A stretch of DNA of 63,893 nucleotides, the filler included, from Phoronis australis (lineage: Eukaryota; Animalia; Phoronida), in the NCBI GenBank assembly GCA_002633005.1. It is 7 parts of 7 records of this genome, joined end to end, with 100 filler letters (N's around TTAATTAATTAA, not from the genome) between each part and the next. Parts side by side here need not be neighbours in the genome. Positions count along the whole stretch, not along the records: positions 60,714 to 63,893 come from NMRA01003165.1; 6 more parts are not named here. One strand, written 5' to 3'. This document shows, piece after piece, positions 62,715 through 63,893 of the stretch. Each line of letters opens with the position of its first letter. Within the stretch, counting starts at the first letter, position 1. Below the pieces are notes generated by a model. That model did no database searches. It saw only the letters and a list, made by a program, of their open reading frames with translations, and was not told the DNA's origin. The position numbers and the translations under genes were made by a program.

Positions 62715-63460
62715 TTTTTTTTTTTTGTCAAAAAGTTTTATTGTTATCGTAATGCAAATACAATAAAGCCAAACAGTATAAACATTCACGCACACAGTCA
62801 CGCTCACATTCATACACAGGGGGGCCATTGGTTGTATGTAGTGTAAATTAAAATAAAGGTGCTAGAGGGGCCCATCGTTCCTCGAAGTCGAGATACCTGC
62901 ACTGGTTATAGTACATAACCTTTTCTACTTTGTAGTAATCAAAAACAGAATGTTTAAAAAGTGCAAAACATGGTTCTACATTCTGAAGTCTTTGCTTGTG
63001 TATGTGGTACTTGCCTAAACATAAAAGTAGATTTATGATTTTTGGTCCATTAAAGGAGCCAAAAATTACGTAAAAATGATCAAGTTTCATATCAATTCCG
63101 CAGAGGTTTTTTATCCAGTTTTCAACTGTTTTCCAAAAACTTTGGACACGTAAACAAGACCAATACAAGTGAAAAAGGTCTTCAGAATGAGAATTACAAA
63201 AAGTACAACTATCTGAATTTCTAACACCAATCTTACTCAAAAACTTATTGGTTCCGAGTAGTCTGTGAGTTAAACGTATTTGAAACCATTTAAGCTGGAT
63301 ATCACAAGAAAAGTTAATAGAATAAGAATAAGCTTTTCTCCACCACTCACGGGGAATTACGGTATTCAACTGTTTTTCCCAATTTTCCTCAAATTTGGGT
63401 TTTTTATATAGTTTTTGTATTAAGTGGGTATAAATTTGTTTATTGACTATAAAATTGGTA
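62715..63460 (-). mobile_element. Tx1/L1-clade non-LTR retrotransposon 3' end (zf-RVT), 5'-truncated
   Basis: FQIRLTHRLLGTNKFL..IG....CTFC....EDLFHLYWSC..VQSFW; stop at 62848; minus-strand AATAAA at 62737-62742 and poly(A) at 62715-62726. Confidence 0.88.
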
Positions 63461-63893
63461 CTTAAAATTCAGAAGTCTACTGACACCGGTATAAGAAAAC
63501 CAATGAACCGCGAAATATAATCAAAGGCGTAAAGGTTACGTGGCCAAATATCTACAAATTACAGAGTTTAACTCAGAGAACGTGTATATTTTCAGAAAAG
63601 TGTATAATTTGATTTATACCAATCTGCCACTGAGTGGGACACATGACCAATTTAGCAAAAACGAAAGGTACCTTGGTAGCAAACCAAGGCCATCAATAAC
63701 GTGACCTTTAAAATGTTCAAGAAGAAATCTCAAAAACAATGTAGTTTTTCAAATTATCATTTCGTTTTCGTTTCCTGAAAATTTTGAGTTGTTTCAAGAC
63801 AATCAAAAATCTATTTCTTGAGAGCCTTATACAAGAGTGGAACATTTTGGAAACAATTGCTAACAGCATTTTGTAACTTGAACCATAGTATCG

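Overview
Repeat-rich animal genomic DNA, probably from an invertebrate; the species cannot be determined from the sequence. Six identical 100-nt spacers (N44-TTAATTAATTAA-N44) divide it into seven pieces whose adjacency is unproven. Bases 1-25.7 kb are a transposon nest. It holds six copies of a ~1.74-kb CATG-ended non-autonomous DNA element (family A, partly nested in itself), two Tc2-like CCGTA/TA elements (family B) that share an internal module with A, and a ~2.5-kb tandem unit (X). A decayed BEL/Pao LTR retrotransposon (458-bp LTRs, 5-bp TSD) and a 5'-truncated Penelope element with a hammerhead-like motif interrupt one copy of X. Further on are a CR1/L2-group LINE fragment, a palindrome-ended Crypton-like element carrying a tRNA-like sequence, a Helentron/HINE-like tandem array, Kolobok-like elements and a Tx1/L1 3' end. 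Host exons include a Crumbs-like EGF-LamG exon, a hexosaminidase D (GH20) exon and a plexin-type PSI exon. The strangest signal is a 37-nt stretch at 10023-10059 that is the base-by-base complement, not the reverse complement, of its paralogous copy; this is most likely an in-silico artefact. I found no clearly new multi-gene system. All calls and coordinates come from reading the sequence by eye, with no database searches.
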